This document shows positions 41,470-51,930 of a DNA stretch of 64,000 nucleotides, piece after piece. This DNA comes from a bacterium. Lineage in GTDB: Bacteria > Zhuqueibacterota > Zhuqueibacteria > Residuimicrobiales > Krinioviventaceae. The notes under the pieces are model-generated. The model was not told where the DNA came from. It saw only the letters and a program-made list of their open reading frames with translations, and searched no databases. The position numbers and the translations under genes are program-made. Every line of letters begins with the position of its first letter. Within the stretch, counting starts at the first letter, position 1. The stretch lies in NCBI GenBank assembly GCA_963675755.2, contig CAXXMD010000002.1, positions 2,336,001 through 2,400,000 of the forward strand. Reading direction: 5' to 3'.

Positions 41470-42888
41470 TTATTTTCTCTTGGGTCGATAGACATGAGTA
41501 CTGGTACCAAACAGCATCTCTGCTGTTTCCATTACCGTCTCTGAAAGTGTAGGATGTGGATGTATGCTGAGTTTCAAGTCTGTTGCGTTTGCGGCCATTT
41601 CAATTGCAAGAACGCCTTCTGCAATCAATTCACCCGCTCCGGCCCCAACAACGCCCATTCCAAGCACACGCTCGGATTCGGGATCAACAATCAACTTTGT
41701 CATACCATCAAGCCGGTCCATGGTTAGCGCCCTTCCCGAGGCAGCCCATGGAAAACGAAAAACCTGAACATCGCGTTTTTGTTCTTTGGCTTGTGTTTCA
41801 GTCAAACCTGCCCACGCCAGCTCAGGATCTGTAAAAACAACGGCAGGTATGGCACGTGGTTCAAAAGTGGCTTTATGCCCGGCAATGGCCTCTACAGCCA
41901 CATGTCCCTCATGCGAGGCTTTATGAGCAAGCATAGGTTCTCCGGCTATATCACCAATTGCAAAGATATTGGGTTCGTCGGTTCTGCGTTGTAAATCTAC
42001 TTTGACAAATCCGCGTTCATCCAGCTGAATTTTTGTATTTTCAAGTCCCAGGTTCTCATTATTGGGCCTGCGACCGATTGTCATTAGTACACGATCAAAT
42101 TTCTGTTCAGGATTTTCGAGTTTTTCACCTTCAAATTTGACAGAAATCTGATTTTTCACTTCTTTCATCTCAACAACTTTGGTGTTCAGCAAAATGGATT
42201 CAAATTTTTCGTCTAATCCTTTTTGCAGAATCCTTACCATGTCGCGATCAGCTCCCGGTAGCAATCCGGATGTCATTTCAACTACCGTAACTTTGCTGCC
42301 TAATGCGGCATAGACGGTACCCATTTCAAGGCCAATATATCCTCCACCAATTACCAACAGTTTCTCAGGCACGTCTTCAAGTTCAAGTGCACCGGTAGAA
42401 TCCATCACTCTTGGGGTATCGAGCGAAAGCGATGGAATACTTACAGGCCGTGATCCGGTGGCAAGTATTGCATATTCAAAATCCATTTTGGATTTTTTAC
42501 CATCATTATCAGTAATTTCCAGAGTCGTATTATTTACAAAAACAGCACGACCCTGAACATGATTAATCTTGCGTTGCTTAACCAGTTGGCCCAGCCCGCC
42601 GGTAAGTTTATCTACAACACTTTGTTTCCAGGTTCTTAATTTATCTATATCAATTTTAGGCGGTTGGAACTCTATGCCCCAGGCCGACGACTCTTTTGAT
42701 TCGTTTATCAGTTTGGCCGTATGCAGCAATGCCTTTGAAGGGATACATCCTCTGTACAGACATACACCTCCGGGATTCACTGCGGGGTCTACCAATGTAA
42801 CATCCATACCCAGATCAGCAGCCATAAATGCCGCTGCGTAACCACCGGGTCCGCCTCCAATTACTACAACACGTTTGGTGTCACTCAT
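41470..42888 (-). CDS. lpdA: Dihydrolipoyl dehydrogenase (E3)
   Basis: GGGPGGY, GGVCLYRGCIPSK, GGGYIGLE, MLAHKA, HPHPTLSE. Confidence 0.96.
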   Translation of the reverse strand: MSDTKRVVVIGGGPGGYAAAFMAADLGMDVTLVDPAVNPGGVCLYRGCIPSKALLHTAKLINESKESSAWGIEFQPPKIDIDKLRTWKQSVVDKLTGGLGQLVKQRKINHVQGRAVFVNNTTLEITDNDGKKSKMDFEYAILATGSRPVSIPSLSLDTPRVMDSTGALELEDVPEKLLVIGGGYIGLEMGTVYAALGSKVTVVEMTSGLLPGADRDMVRILQKGLDEKFESILLNTKVVEMKEVKNQISVKFEGEKLENPEQKFDRVLMTIGRRPNNENLGLENTKIQLDERGFVKVDLQRRTDEPNIFAIGDIAGEPMLAHKASHEGHVAVEAIAGHKATFEPRAIPAVVFTDPELAWAGLTETQAKEQKRDVQVFRFPWAASGRALTMDRLDGMTKLIVDPESERVLGMGVVGAGAGELIAEGVLAIEMAANATDLKLSIHPHPTLSETVMETAEMLFGTSTHVYRPKRK

Positions 42889-42912
42889 TACACTAAATCT
42901 CCAGGTTTCAAA

Positions 42913-44574
42913 TTATCCTTCTAAAACGATCTTGAACGGTTGCTCAATTGCTTCAGCCAGCCAGCGTATAAACCGGGCTCCGTCAGCGCCATCAATCAAA
43001 CGATGATCATAAGACAGAGACAACGGCAGCATCAAGCGCGGTACAAACTCACCATCCTTGTAAACAGGTTCATAGCTACCACGTGAAACGCCCAAAATGG
43101 CAACCTCGGGTGCATTTACAATAGGTGTAAACGCAGTACCACCAATGCCGCCCAGATTCGAGATTGTGAAATTACCACCCTGCATTTCATCGAGCGATAA
43201 TTTCCCATCTCTTGCCTTGACTGCAATTTCTGTCAATTCGACTGAAAGATCAACGATATTCTTTTTATCAACATCGCGAATTACCGGAACTAAAAGTCCA
43301 CGATCCGTATCCACAGCCACGCCAAGATTGATGTATTTTTTGTAAACAACCTGTTTATTTGCCATATCTACACTGGCATTAAACTGCGGGAACACTTTGA
43401 GTGCAGATGCACAAATTTTTAATAGAATAGCAGTCATGGTCAATTTGCCACCGGCAGCTTCTGCTTTTTTTCCAAATTGCTTGCGCAAAGCTTCAAGTTC
43501 GGTAATATCGGCTTTATCAAACTGGGTTACATGTGGTATTGTTGCCCAGGCCGAACTAAGGTGCTCTGCGGTTTTTTGTCTTACTTTGGACATGGCCTGA
43601 CGATCAACCTCGCCCCATTTACTGAAATCTGGTAAAGGAGGTGCAGCAATAGTACCACTGGGGGCAGCAACTCCACCCTCACGGTATTTCTGATGCAGGG
43701 CTTTTGAATGTGCCTTGACATCTTCAACAGATATCCGTCCGCCTTGTCCTGAACCTTTTACCTCATTGATATTCACACCAATTTCACGTGCAAAACGACG
43801 TACAGAGGGTGCGGCAGGAGCAGGAACACCTGAAGCCGATGGTGAAAATTCCGGAGTCAGTGATTCAGCTGATTTTGCTTCAACCGGAGCGGGTGCAGGC
43901 GCCGGGGCTGCTTTGGTTTCCGCTTTGGATTCTGATGCAGGCGCCGCTTTTGCTTTTGCAGGAGCAGCAGCAGGTGCGGGCGCTCCCGTTGACGAAACTA
44001 CTAGCAATGCTTGTCCAATTTTCACTTCATCACCGGCTTTAACATTTACAGAAGTAACTTTACCGCTGGCATCTGCGGGAACTTCAACAACAGCCTTGTC
44101 GGTTTCCAACTCTACAATCGGTTGTTCATTTTCAATCTCATCACCCACGGCAACCAATACATTAGCTATTGTTCCCGAGGTAATACCTTCTCCCAGGTCC
44201 GGCACTTTGATCTCTACATCACTTGCAGGACCACCAGCGGGTTTAGCTTCAATCTTTTTCTCTGCGGGTTTTTCCGGTTCAGGTGCTTTTTCCTTTTTTG
44301 GTGGGTCCGGTTTTTCTTCTTTTTCCACAGGTGCGGCATCTCCGGACAATTTTATAATGACCTGACCTACTTTGACTTCATCACCAGCTTTGGCAAGTAT
44401 GCTTTCAACAGTACCTGCAATTTCACTGGGCACCTCAACTACCGCCTTGTCCGTCTCCAATTCCAATACCGGCTGCTCAACCTCAACGGCATCACCAACT
44501 GAAACCAAAAAGTTGGCAACCGTACCTGATGCAATACCATCACCTAAATCAGGAATTTTAATTTCTAAAGACAT
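42913..44574 (-). CDS. aceF: Pyruvate dehydrogenase E2, two lipoyl domains
   Basis: Two ETDKAVVEVP lipoyl motifs, PSVRRFARE binding domain, DHRLIDG. Confidence 0.94.
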   Translation of the reverse strand: MSLEIKIPDLGDGIASGTVANFLVSVGDAVEVEQPVLELETDKAVVEVPSEIAGTVESILAKAGDEVKVGQVIIKLSGDAAPVEKEEKPDPPKKEKAPEPEKPAEKKIEAKPAGGPASDVEIKVPDLGEGITSGTIANVLVAVGDEIENEQPIVELETDKAVVEVPADASGKVTSVNVKAGDEVKIGQALLVVSSTGAPAPAAAPAKAKAAPASESKAETKAAPAPAPAPVEAKSAESLTPEFSPSASGVPAPAAPSVRRFAREIGVNINEVKGSGQGGRISVEDVKAHSKALHQKYREGGVAAPSGTIAAPPLPDFSKWGEVDRQAMSKVRQKTAEHLSSAWATIPHVTQFDKADITELEALRKQFGKKAEAAGGKLTMTAILLKICASALKVFPQFNASVDMANKQVVYKKYINLGVAVDTDRGLLVPVIRDVDKKNIVDLSVELTEIAVKARDGKLSLDEMQGGNFTISNLGGIGGTAFTPIVNAPEVAILGVSRGSYEPVYKDGEFVPRLMLPLSLSYDHRLIDGADGARFIRWLAEAIEQPFKIVLEG

Positions 44575-44622
44575 TTTCATTTCCTTATATTTTTTACCCG
44601 TTAATCTTTTACCTGCGCAAAC

Positions 44623-47307
44623 CTAGCTGATCATTGGATCTGCTTTATCCGGTTTAATATTCAGGTCTTTAATAGCAGATTTCAGGGTATCCAGTTTTAT
44701 TTTTCCCTCTTTGAACAACATGTATAATGCAGCAAATGCGATATAATTTTCATCCACTTCAAAAAACTCGCGCAAGTGTCGGCGACCATCACTGCGGCCA
44801 AATCCATCAGTTCCAAGTGTCAGCATGGAAGCAGGTATCCATTTGGATACAGATTCAGGAATCGCACGCACATAATCGGTTGCAGCGACTACTGGCCCTT
44901 CAACACCTTCAAATGCCTGGGTGATAAAAGGTACCTTGGCCTTTTTATCAGGATGAAGCATATTCCAACGGTCAACAGAAATAGCATCCTTGTGCAATTC
45001 TTTATAACTGGTAACACTCCAAATATCAGAAGCGATTTTATATTTCTTGGCCAGAATTTCCTGCGCCTGAATGGTTTTGGTCAAAATGGTTCCACTACCC
45101 ATCAGTTGAACAGTTGCTTTTGCATCTTTGGGTTTTTTGGAATTAAATTTATAAATACCTTTAATAATGCCTTCTTTGACATTTTTGCCTTTTGGCATTG
45201 CAGGTTGGACATAATTTTCATTCATAACGGTAATATAATAAAATCCGGGTTCCTGTTTTTCGTACATGTGCTTGATTCCATCACGAATAATGACGGCAAG
45301 CTCGTAAGCAAACGCAGGATCATAAGCGCGAATAGTAGGATACGGATATACCAAAAGATGACTGTTTCCATCCTGGTGCTGTAATCCTTCACCGGCAAGG
45401 GTTGTTCGCCCTGCGGTACCACCTACCAAAAATCCTCTTACACGCATATCAGCGGCCAGCCAAACAAGATCACCAATTCGCTGAATGCCAAACATGGAGT
45501 AAAAAATATAAAATGGTATCGTATTGATATTATGGGTTGAATACGCTGAACCCGCAGCAACAAAAGATGCCATAGAACCGGATTCGGTAATACCTTCTTC
45601 AAGAATCTGGCCGTTTTTGGCTTCTTTATAATACAACAAGCTTTCACGATCCACTGGCTCATACAATTGTCCCTGATGCGCATAAATACCAATCTGGCGG
45701 AACAATGCTTCCATACCAAAGGTACGGGCTTCATCCGGCACAATGGGTACTACAAGATTGCCAATGGTTTTATCTCTCAGCAATTTATTCAATACACGTA
45801 CAAAAACCATGGTTGTAGAGACTTCACGGTCATCTGTGCCCTGGTAAAATTCTTCAAAAACAGATTCAGCAGGCGTTTTAACCGTTTCGCTCTGTTGTCT
45901 GCGCTGAGGTACAAATCCATTCAACTGTTCTCTACGCTCAAGTAAATATTTCATATCCGGGCTATTTTCATCAGGACGATAGAATGGCAAAGTATCAATT
46001 TCTTCATCAGAAATCTGGATGCCAAAGCGAGAACGGAAATGACGCAGTTCCTGCTCATTCAGTTTCTTTTGCGAGTGGGTAATATTCTTTCCTTCACCGG
46101 CTTCACCCAAACCATATCCCTTGATTGTACGGGCAAGGATTACTGTGGGGGCTCCGGTATGCTCGGTTGCAGCCTTGTATGCAGCATAAACCTTACTTGG
46201 ATCATGACCACCCAGTCGCATTTTTTCAAGCTGTTCGTCAGACAAATGTTCAACCATCTTTAACAACTGTGGGTATTTTCCATAAAAATGTTCACGGATA
46301 TAGGCTCCGCCGCGAACAGCGTAATTCTGGTAATCACCATCAACAACTTCATCCATACGTTTTTGCAGCCAGCCTTCATCATCTTTTTCGAGTAAAGCAT
46401 CCCAATCGCTGCCCCAAATCACCTTGATGACATTCCAGCCAGCTCCACGAAAGACCTGTTCAAGCTCTTGTATGATCTTGCCGTTACCACGGACAGGGCC
46501 GTCAAGACGTTGCAAATTACAATTGATCACAAAAATAAGATTATCCAGTTTTTCACGTACTGCCAAAGAAATTGCGCCAAGGGTTTCGGGTTCGTCTGTT
46601 TCACCATCTCCTAAAAAAGCCCAAACTTTTTCACCGGTAGAGGTTTTCAAACCACGATCTTCAAGATAGCGGTTAAAACGGGCCTGGTAAATTGCAGTAA
46701 TGGGTCCCAATCCCATAGAAACGGTTGGAAACTGCCAGAAATCGGACTTTAACCAGGGATGCGGATACGATGGCAGTCCACCGCCTTCATGCACTTCATG
46801 TCTAAAGTTCTTCAAATCTTCAACTGAAAGCCGGCCTTCAAGAAAAGCACGCGAATAAATTCCCGGTGATGCATGGCCCTGGAAATAGATCTGATCTCCA
46901 CTAAAATCCTCTTTGGGTGCACGGAAAAAGTGGTTAAATCCTACTTCGTACAGGGTAGCTGCAGATGCATAAGTTGATATATGCCCGCCAATACCGTTTT
47001 CAATCCGGTTGGCCCGAACAACCATAGCCATGGCATTCCAGCGAATCATACTCTTGATTCGGCGTTCAATTTCCCGGCTGCCGGGATAAGGAGGCTGTTC
47101 CTGAACAGATATAGTATTAATATAGGGAGTATTTGCAGTAAATGGCAGTTTAACACCTGCCTGGTAAGCACGCTGCTGTAATTCATGTAATATTTTTTTA
47201 ACCCGCTCCGGGCCGCCTTCCTGAATCACATAATCCAGCGATTCAAGCCATTCTAATAATTCAACATCAGTCACATTGTCTAAATTTGGAATATCTTTGT
47301 CACTCAT
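44623..47307 (-). CDS. aceE: Pyruvate dehydrogenase E1, homodimeric type
   Basis: GGHISTYAS, SYPHPW, TVSMGLGP, GDGETDEPE, NLQRLDGPVRGN, GEGLQHQDG. Confidence 0.96.
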   Translation of the reverse strand: MSDKDIPNLDNVTDVELLEWLESLDYVIQEGGPERVKKILHELQQRAYQAGVKLPFTANTPYINTISVQEQPPYPGSREIERRIKSMIRWNAMAMVVRANRIENGIGGHISTYASAATLYEVGFNHFFRAPKEDFSGDQIYFQGHASPGIYSRAFLEGRLSVEDLKNFRHEVHEGGGLPSYPHPWLKSDFWQFPTVSMGLGPITAIYQARFNRYLEDRGLKTSTGEKVWAFLGDGETDEPETLGAISLAVREKLDNLIFVINCNLQRLDGPVRGNGKIIQELEQVFRGAGWNVIKVIWGSDWDALLEKDDEGWLQKRMDEVVDGDYQNYAVRGGAYIREHFYGKYPQLLKMVEHLSDEQLEKMRLGGHDPSKVYAAYKAATEHTGAPTVILARTIKGYGLGEAGEGKNITHSQKKLNEQELRHFRSRFGIQISDEEIDTLPFYRPDENSPDMKYLLERREQLNGFVPQRRQQSETVKTPAESVFEEFYQGTDDREVSTTMVFVRVLNKLLRDKTIGNLVVPIVPDEARTFGMEALFRQIGIYAHQGQLYEPVDRESLLYYKEAKNGQILEEGITESGSMASFVAAGSAYSTHNINTIPFYIFYSMFGIQRIGDLVWLAADMRVRGFLVGGTAGRTTLAGEGLQHQDGNSHLLVYPYPTIRAYDPAFAYELAVIIRDGIKHMYEKQEPGFYYITVMNENYVQPAMPKGKNVKEGIIKGIYKFNSKKPKDAKATVQLMGSGTILTKTIQAQEILAKKYKIASDIWSVTSYKELHKDAISVDRWNMLHPDKKAKVPFITQAFEGVEGPVVAATDYVRAIPESVSKWIPASMLTLGTDGFGRSDGRRHLREFFEVDENYIAFAALYMLFKEGKIKLDTLKSAIKDLNIKPDKADPMIS

Positions 47308-47520
47308 TCTGAATTTTCCTTTATTCTAGCAATTTATTATTCTTTCACAGCCTATAACGGCACACTATTTTCTTATATTCCAGTTTCCCCCGGACATATT
47401 GTTATGCAGAGATTTACAAGATAACTCTAGCGGTAAAAATAGAACAGATTTAAAATCCGTTTCATTTCTTTTTTATTAATAGGATGTCAATCAGGGGAAA
47501 AAGATTCCAAATAACATCCT

Positions 47521-48459
47521 TTATTTATATAAATTTACACCATTTTTCAAGGCTGTTTGGCGTAAATATGAATAAGCCTCTCTATATTCTGTTTCAGAGG
47601 CAAGATGTTCTATCATCAGCGGGGCATCCAGCTTGCTCAGGTTTTTCAAAAACACGCCATAATCTAAATACCCCTTGCCGGGCAGAATTTCGTCCAAATG
47701 TGTAGACAAGCTGTTGTCTTGAAGAACAATATCTTTGGCATGACAGCTTTTAATATACGGCCCCAGCTTTTCAAAACATTCATTAATTAACGCAGCATTG
47801 TTAAAATATCGTTGCGGAGAATTTACAATATTTACAGGATCCAAATGCACTGCAAACCGGTCCCGGTCTATGGCTTTGATCAACTGCAAATAAGAATCAG
47901 GAGAATCCGGATACAACCAGGGCATCATTTCCAGAGTAAAAAAAGTGCGTTTTGGCTTTACAGTGTCAATGATTTTGCGGTATGTTTCAACAATAAGATC
48001 AAAGGTATCATCCGTCAGGTTCTCAGGATGAATTCCATACCACAATGATTCACTTTTTGATCCTGAAACATTCACACAGCAACGTGCACCAATGCGGTCT
48101 GCAAGAGCCAGACTGCCAACACATTTTTCAAAAGCTTTTTTACGCTCATCATCATTGGGACTCAGTGGATTGCTCCACGCGCCAACCTCAGCAATCACGA
48201 TATCTGATCTCTGTGCGGCTTTTTCGTATGCGATCACTTCATCATCCGCGCTGCCTATCGAAAGCGGACAATAAGAGGCAGTGTATCCCATATCCTTAAC
48301 CGATGCAACCCAGCTTTCGGGATCAGTCCACTTTTTGTATATATTGCCACCAATACGAACGCCTGCTTGCTGCGCTGGGTACAGCTTTGGTGACATCGGT
48401 AAAGATGCCAGCAGCGGAACAGCCACAGTTTTTGTTAGAAAAGATCGTCTGTTCATCAT
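47521..48459 (-). CDS. Tat-exported sugar phosphate isomerase/epimerase (AP-endonuclease-2 fold)
   Basis: NRRSFL, LEMMP, HLDPVN, CHAKD, MIEH; ATGA overlap with topA stop. Confidence 0.8.
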   Translation of the reverse strand: MMNRRSFLTKTVAVPLLASLPMSPKLYPAQQAGVRIGGNIYKKWTDPESWVASVKDMGYTASYCPLSIGSADDEVIAYEKAAQRSDIVIAEVGAWSNPLSPNDDERKKAFEKCVGSLALADRIGARCCVNVSGSKSESLWYGIHPENLTDDTFDLIVETYRKIIDTVKPKRTFFTLEMMPWLYPDSPDSYLQLIKAIDRDRFAVHLDPVNIVNSPQRYFNNAALINECFEKLGPYIKSCHAKDIVLQDNSLSTHLDEILPGKGYLDYGVFLKNLSKLDAPLMIEHLASETEYREAYSYLRQTALKNGVNLYK

Positions 48460-51092
48460 GATTTTGCTTTAGTTTTTGTTTTCTTTTTGGTTGTTTTTTT
48501 CTTGGTTTCCCATTCCCATTTATTGTTTTTGTATAAAGCTTCCCAACCGGTTTTCTTGCCGTCTACTTCGGTCATGAGATATTGTATTTTTTCTTTACGT
48601 TTAAAACGAATTTGTGCCGGAACACCATCCGGATCGGTTGCTGGTGCATCCGCAAGATAATAAAATTTCGGGTCCAGTTCTTCCCGGTGCCTTGCCAGAT
48701 CTTCAACTAATGGGCTGCGGGTTTCCCGGGATTTGGGAAAAGTATGTGCCGCCAGAAACAAGCCCGAGGCTCCATCACGAAGTAAAAAATACGCATCCGA
48801 TTTTTCACATTTCAGTTCGGGCATGGGTACAGGTTCCGCCTTGGGTGGCGCGGCCTCACCGTTGCGCAAAAGTTTTCGGGTATTGCTGCATTCAGGGTAT
48901 TTGGTACAGGCAAAAAATTTACCAAACCGTCCCGTTTTTAATACCATATCGCTGCCGCATTTATCACACTCTAACACCGGTCCTTCATATCCTTTGATAC
49001 GGAACTCGCCACTTTCAATTTCCGTACCGCTGCAATCCGGATTATTGCCGCAGACATGCAAACGTCGTTTTTCGTCAACCAGATAAGCATCCATAGCCGT
49101 ATTGCATACAGGACAACGACGTTTATTCATTAATGCCATGGTTTCTTCATCAATATCGGCATTCTTGCTGACAGCTTCTGATTCTTCACCGGGAATCAGG
49201 TTAATGGTCTGCATGCAGCGTTCCTTAGGAGGCAGATCATAGCCCGTACAGCTAAGAAAAACACCGGTTTGCCCATTTCGTATCATCATGGGTTTTCCGC
49301 ATTCAGGACAGGTAATGCCCTCAACAACAACCGGTACATTGTCTCGCATACCGGTTTCTCCGGTTCGGAGCTGATTCTCAAAATCATGGAAAAATTCATC
49401 CAATAGATTTTTCCACTCTTGATCACCTTGCGATACTTTATCCAGATCGGTTTCCATGTTGGCGGTAAAATCATAATCCATCAAGTCGATAAAATTCTCC
49501 ATCAACCGGTCTGTAACAATATCACCAATCTTTAACGCATAAAATCGTCTTTTTTCAAGTTTCACATATCCACGGTCCTGTATAGTAGAAATAATTGACG
49601 CATAGGTAGAAGGGCGGCCAATCCCTCGTTTTTCAAGTTCTTTTACCAGGCTGGCCTCAGTATATCTTGGGGGTGGCTTGGTAAAATGCTGACTGGGATC
49701 CAGCTTTAATAATTTCAATATATCTCCGACTTTTACTTCCGGCAAGACGGCATCATCGGTATCTCTTGAGGGCATAATCTTGAGCCAACCATCAAACCGC
49801 ATGGTGCGACCAGTTGCACGCAGATCAAAATCACCCGCTTTAATATTAATGGTTGTACTGTCAAATTCTGCAGGCGGCATCTGGCAAGCTACAAACCGGC
49901 GCCAGATCAAATCATACAATCTCAACTGATCACGTTCAAGACGTATCATGCGTTCAGGGGTTTTGTTTACATCTGTGGGGCGGATAGCTTCATGCGCCTC
50001 TTGCGCTGAAGCTTTACTTGCATAAAAATTGGGTTTCTCTGGCAGATATTTTTCACCAAAATTGGTTTTAATAAACTCACGGCATCCCATAATAGAGCCC
50101 ATACTGAGATTTGTCGAATCAGTACGCATATACGTAATATGTCCGGCCTCATACAACCGCTGAGCCATCATCATGGTCTTTTTAACACTGAATCCCAACT
50201 GGGTGCTTGCAGCAGCTTGTAACGATGTGGTAATAAAAGGTGCATAGGGACGCTGCCGGGTAGGTTTAAGCTTGGCTTCATCAACACGGTATTCGGCCTC
50301 AGTCAGCAATGCCAAAGCTTCAAACGTTTCCTCTTCATTCACAGGCTTAAAGGTCTTGTTTTTATATTTCAAAACCTTGGCTTTAAAAGGAGGCTCTCCA
50401 TCAAGGTGAGCAAAGACTTCCCAAAACTCTTCGGGCACAAAAGCGCGTATCTCACGTTCACGTTCAACAATCAATCTGACTGCTACTGACTGCACCCGTC
50501 CTGCCGACAAACCACGCGCAACCTTTTTCCACAACAGGGGTGACACCATAAAGCCTACAACACGGTCCAGAAAACGTCTGGCCTGTTGAGCATTTACCCG
50601 GTTCATATCCAGTTCACCGGGTTCACTGAATGCTTTTTGGATTGCGTTTTTGGTTATCTCGCTAAAGGTAACCCTCTTATAACGTTTATCATCACCGCCA
50701 ATAGATTCCCGCAAATGCCACGCAATAGCCTCCCCTTCACGGTCAAGGTCAGTTGCCAGATAAATTTCATTAGACTCGCCGGCAAGCTTTTTCAACTGTC
50801 GTACAACTTTTTCTTTACCGGGTATAATCTCGTAACGTGCTTTCCATCCATTATAGGGATCAATGGCCATAGTACGCACCAGATTTTCTCTTGATCGATT
50901 TTTCTTAAATTCCGCTTTTTCCTGGTCAGAAAGGCCCTTGGGCATCCGATTAACGGTTGCTTTTCCACTGCTTCGTACCGGCAAATCGCGCACATGACCA
51001 ATACTGGAGACCACTATATATTCATCACCCAAATATTTATTAATCGTCTTGGCTTTGGCCGGAGATTCTACAATAACTAACGCTTTTTTCAT
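48456..51092 (-). CDS. topA: DNA topoisomerase I (type IA)
   Basis: [45 protein letters not shown], three C4 zinc ribbons. Confidence 0.97.
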   Translation of the reverse strand: MKKALVIVESPAKAKTINKYLGDEYIVVSSIGHVRDLPVRSSGKATVNRMPKGLSDQEKAEFKKNRSRENLVRTMAIDPYNGWKARYEIIPGKEKVVRQLKKLAGESNEIYLATDLDREGEAIAWHLRESIGGDDKRYKRVTFSEITKNAIQKAFSEPGELDMNRVNAQQARRFLDRVVGFMVSPLLWKKVARGLSAGRVQSVAVRLIVEREREIRAFVPEEFWEVFAHLDGEPPFKAKVLKYKNKTFKPVNEEETFEALALLTEAEYRVDEAKLKPTRQRPYAPFITTSLQAAASTQLGFSVKKTMMMAQRLYEAGHITYMRTDSTNLSMGSIMGCREFIKTNFGEKYLPEKPNFYASKASAQEAHEAIRPTDVNKTPERMIRLERDQLRLYDLIWRRFVACQMPPAEFDSTTINIKAGDFDLRATGRTMRFDGWLKIMPSRDTDDAVLPEVKVGDILKLLKLDPSQHFTKPPPRYTEASLVKELEKRGIGRPSTYASIISTIQDRGYVKLEKRRFYALKIGDIVTDRLMENFIDLMDYDFTANMETDLDKVSQGDQEWKNLLDEFFHDFENQLRTGETGMRDNVPVVVEGITCPECGKPMMIRNGQTGVFLSCTGYDLPPKERCMQTINLIPGEESEAVSKNADIDEETMALMNKRRCPVCNTAMDAYLVDEKRRLHVCGNNPDCSGTEIESGEFRIKGYEGPVLECDKCGSDMVLKTGRFGKFFACTKYPECSNTRKLLRNGEAAPPKAEPVPMPELKCEKSDAYFLLRDGASGLFLAAHTFPKSRETRSPLVEDLARHREELDPKFYYLADAPATDPDGVPAQIRFKRKEKIQYLMTEVDGKKTGWEALYKNNKWEWETKKKTTKKKTKTKAKS

Positions 51093-51203
51093 GAGTATCC
51101 GTAATAATAAATAGTAAAATTGAATTTGATAAAAATAACATCCTGCGGCAACGAATGCAAGTTATATCTTGAATAAGGAGAGAAATTTCTGGTAGAAATG
51201 AGA

Positions 51204-51575
51204 TTAGGCCAATACTTGTTCCATTGCATTAAACAAACGTTCATCTACAATGGGTTTTACAAGAAAAATGGATTCGGAATCTTGTTCAAGCCTGTCTAAT
51301 GTACGCTTGTCTGAATTACCGGTAAGGTATATTATTGGAATTGAAAATTCCTTACGGATGTTTGTGGCCGTTTCAATTCCATCCATGTCCCCTCGTAAGC
51401 CAATATCCATAATAACAATATCTGGCCCATATTCTTTGACACTCTTTAAACAATCTTTACCTGAATTTACAACAGCAACAACATTGTATCCTTTTTCATT
51501 CAGCTTTAATTCAGTATCCAAAGCAATAATTGCATCGTCTTCGGCAATAATTACCCTAGCTTTATCGTTGTTCAT
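51204..51575 (-). CDS. Single-domain response regulator (REC)
   Basis: AEDD, DIVIMDI, LTG, KP. Confidence 0.9.
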   Translation of the reverse strand: MNNDKARVIIAEDDAIIALDTELKLNEKGYNVVAVVNSGKDCLKSVKEYGPDIVIMDIGLRGDMDGIETATNIRKEFSIPIIYLTGNSDKRTLDRLEQDSESIFLVKPIVDERLFNAMEQVLA

Positions 51576-51674
51576 CGATCACTCCGTATTATTTCTATCT
51601 TAAAACTTAAAAGTACAGATGTCTATTCCATAAAAAATCAACAAAAAACATCATATTCAAGCTTACATGACATC

Positions 51675-51745
51675 GAAATAGGAATTTCCTTACAACAAAA
51701 TACGTAATTTTCCCTATTTCATTTTTGAAATCAGTGTGTTATATT
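51675..51745 (+). promoter_or_regulatory. Promoter of candidate sRNA plus upstream imperfect palindromes
   Basis: TTTCAT(51717)-17-TATATT(51740) with TG extended -10; TAGGAATTTCCTTA 51679-51692 and TACGTAATTTTCCCTA 51701-51716. Confidence 0.5.
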
Positions 51746-51750
51746 TAATC

Positions 51751-51915
51751 AGTTAGTTAACGCAAGCAGTAATGCTTATATGTCACCCCCGGTACTGGCG
51801 ACCCCCCTAAGCTGGTACTGAGACATCTTTTATGCGTTAACGACTTAATGCCAAGCGTCATCCCCGGTACCGGTGACCCCCCTAAATCGGTACTTAGACG
51901 GCTTGGCATTTTTTT
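51751..51915 (+). ncRNA. Candidate structured sRNA with two covarying C-rich-loop hairpins
   Basis: 43-nt units 51782-51824 and 51857-51899 (36/43 identical, all stem changes keep pairing), enclosing stems, GUAA tetraloop, terminal U7; G-U pairs work only on + strand. Confidence 0.75.
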
Positions 51916-51930
51916 ATTATATGCAATTTT

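Noticed and set aside
43715-45384. Long + strand ORFs and Ala/Pro-rich or duplicated sequence in aceF/aceE
   Set aside because: Antisense shadows; the duplication is the normal two-lipoyl-domain E2 with linkers
47387-47393. CCGGGGG in the aceE leader (minus strand) complementary to sRNA CCCCCGG
   Set aside because: Seven-base match is expected by chance and part of it is stem-paired in the RNA; no riboswitch recognised in this leader
51751-51915. Tandem riboswitch, tRNA, mini-CRISPR or type III antitoxin reading of the repeat
   Set aside because: No credible downstream same-strand gene, no cloverleaf, only two diverged units embedded in larger stems, no cas or toxin gene adjacent
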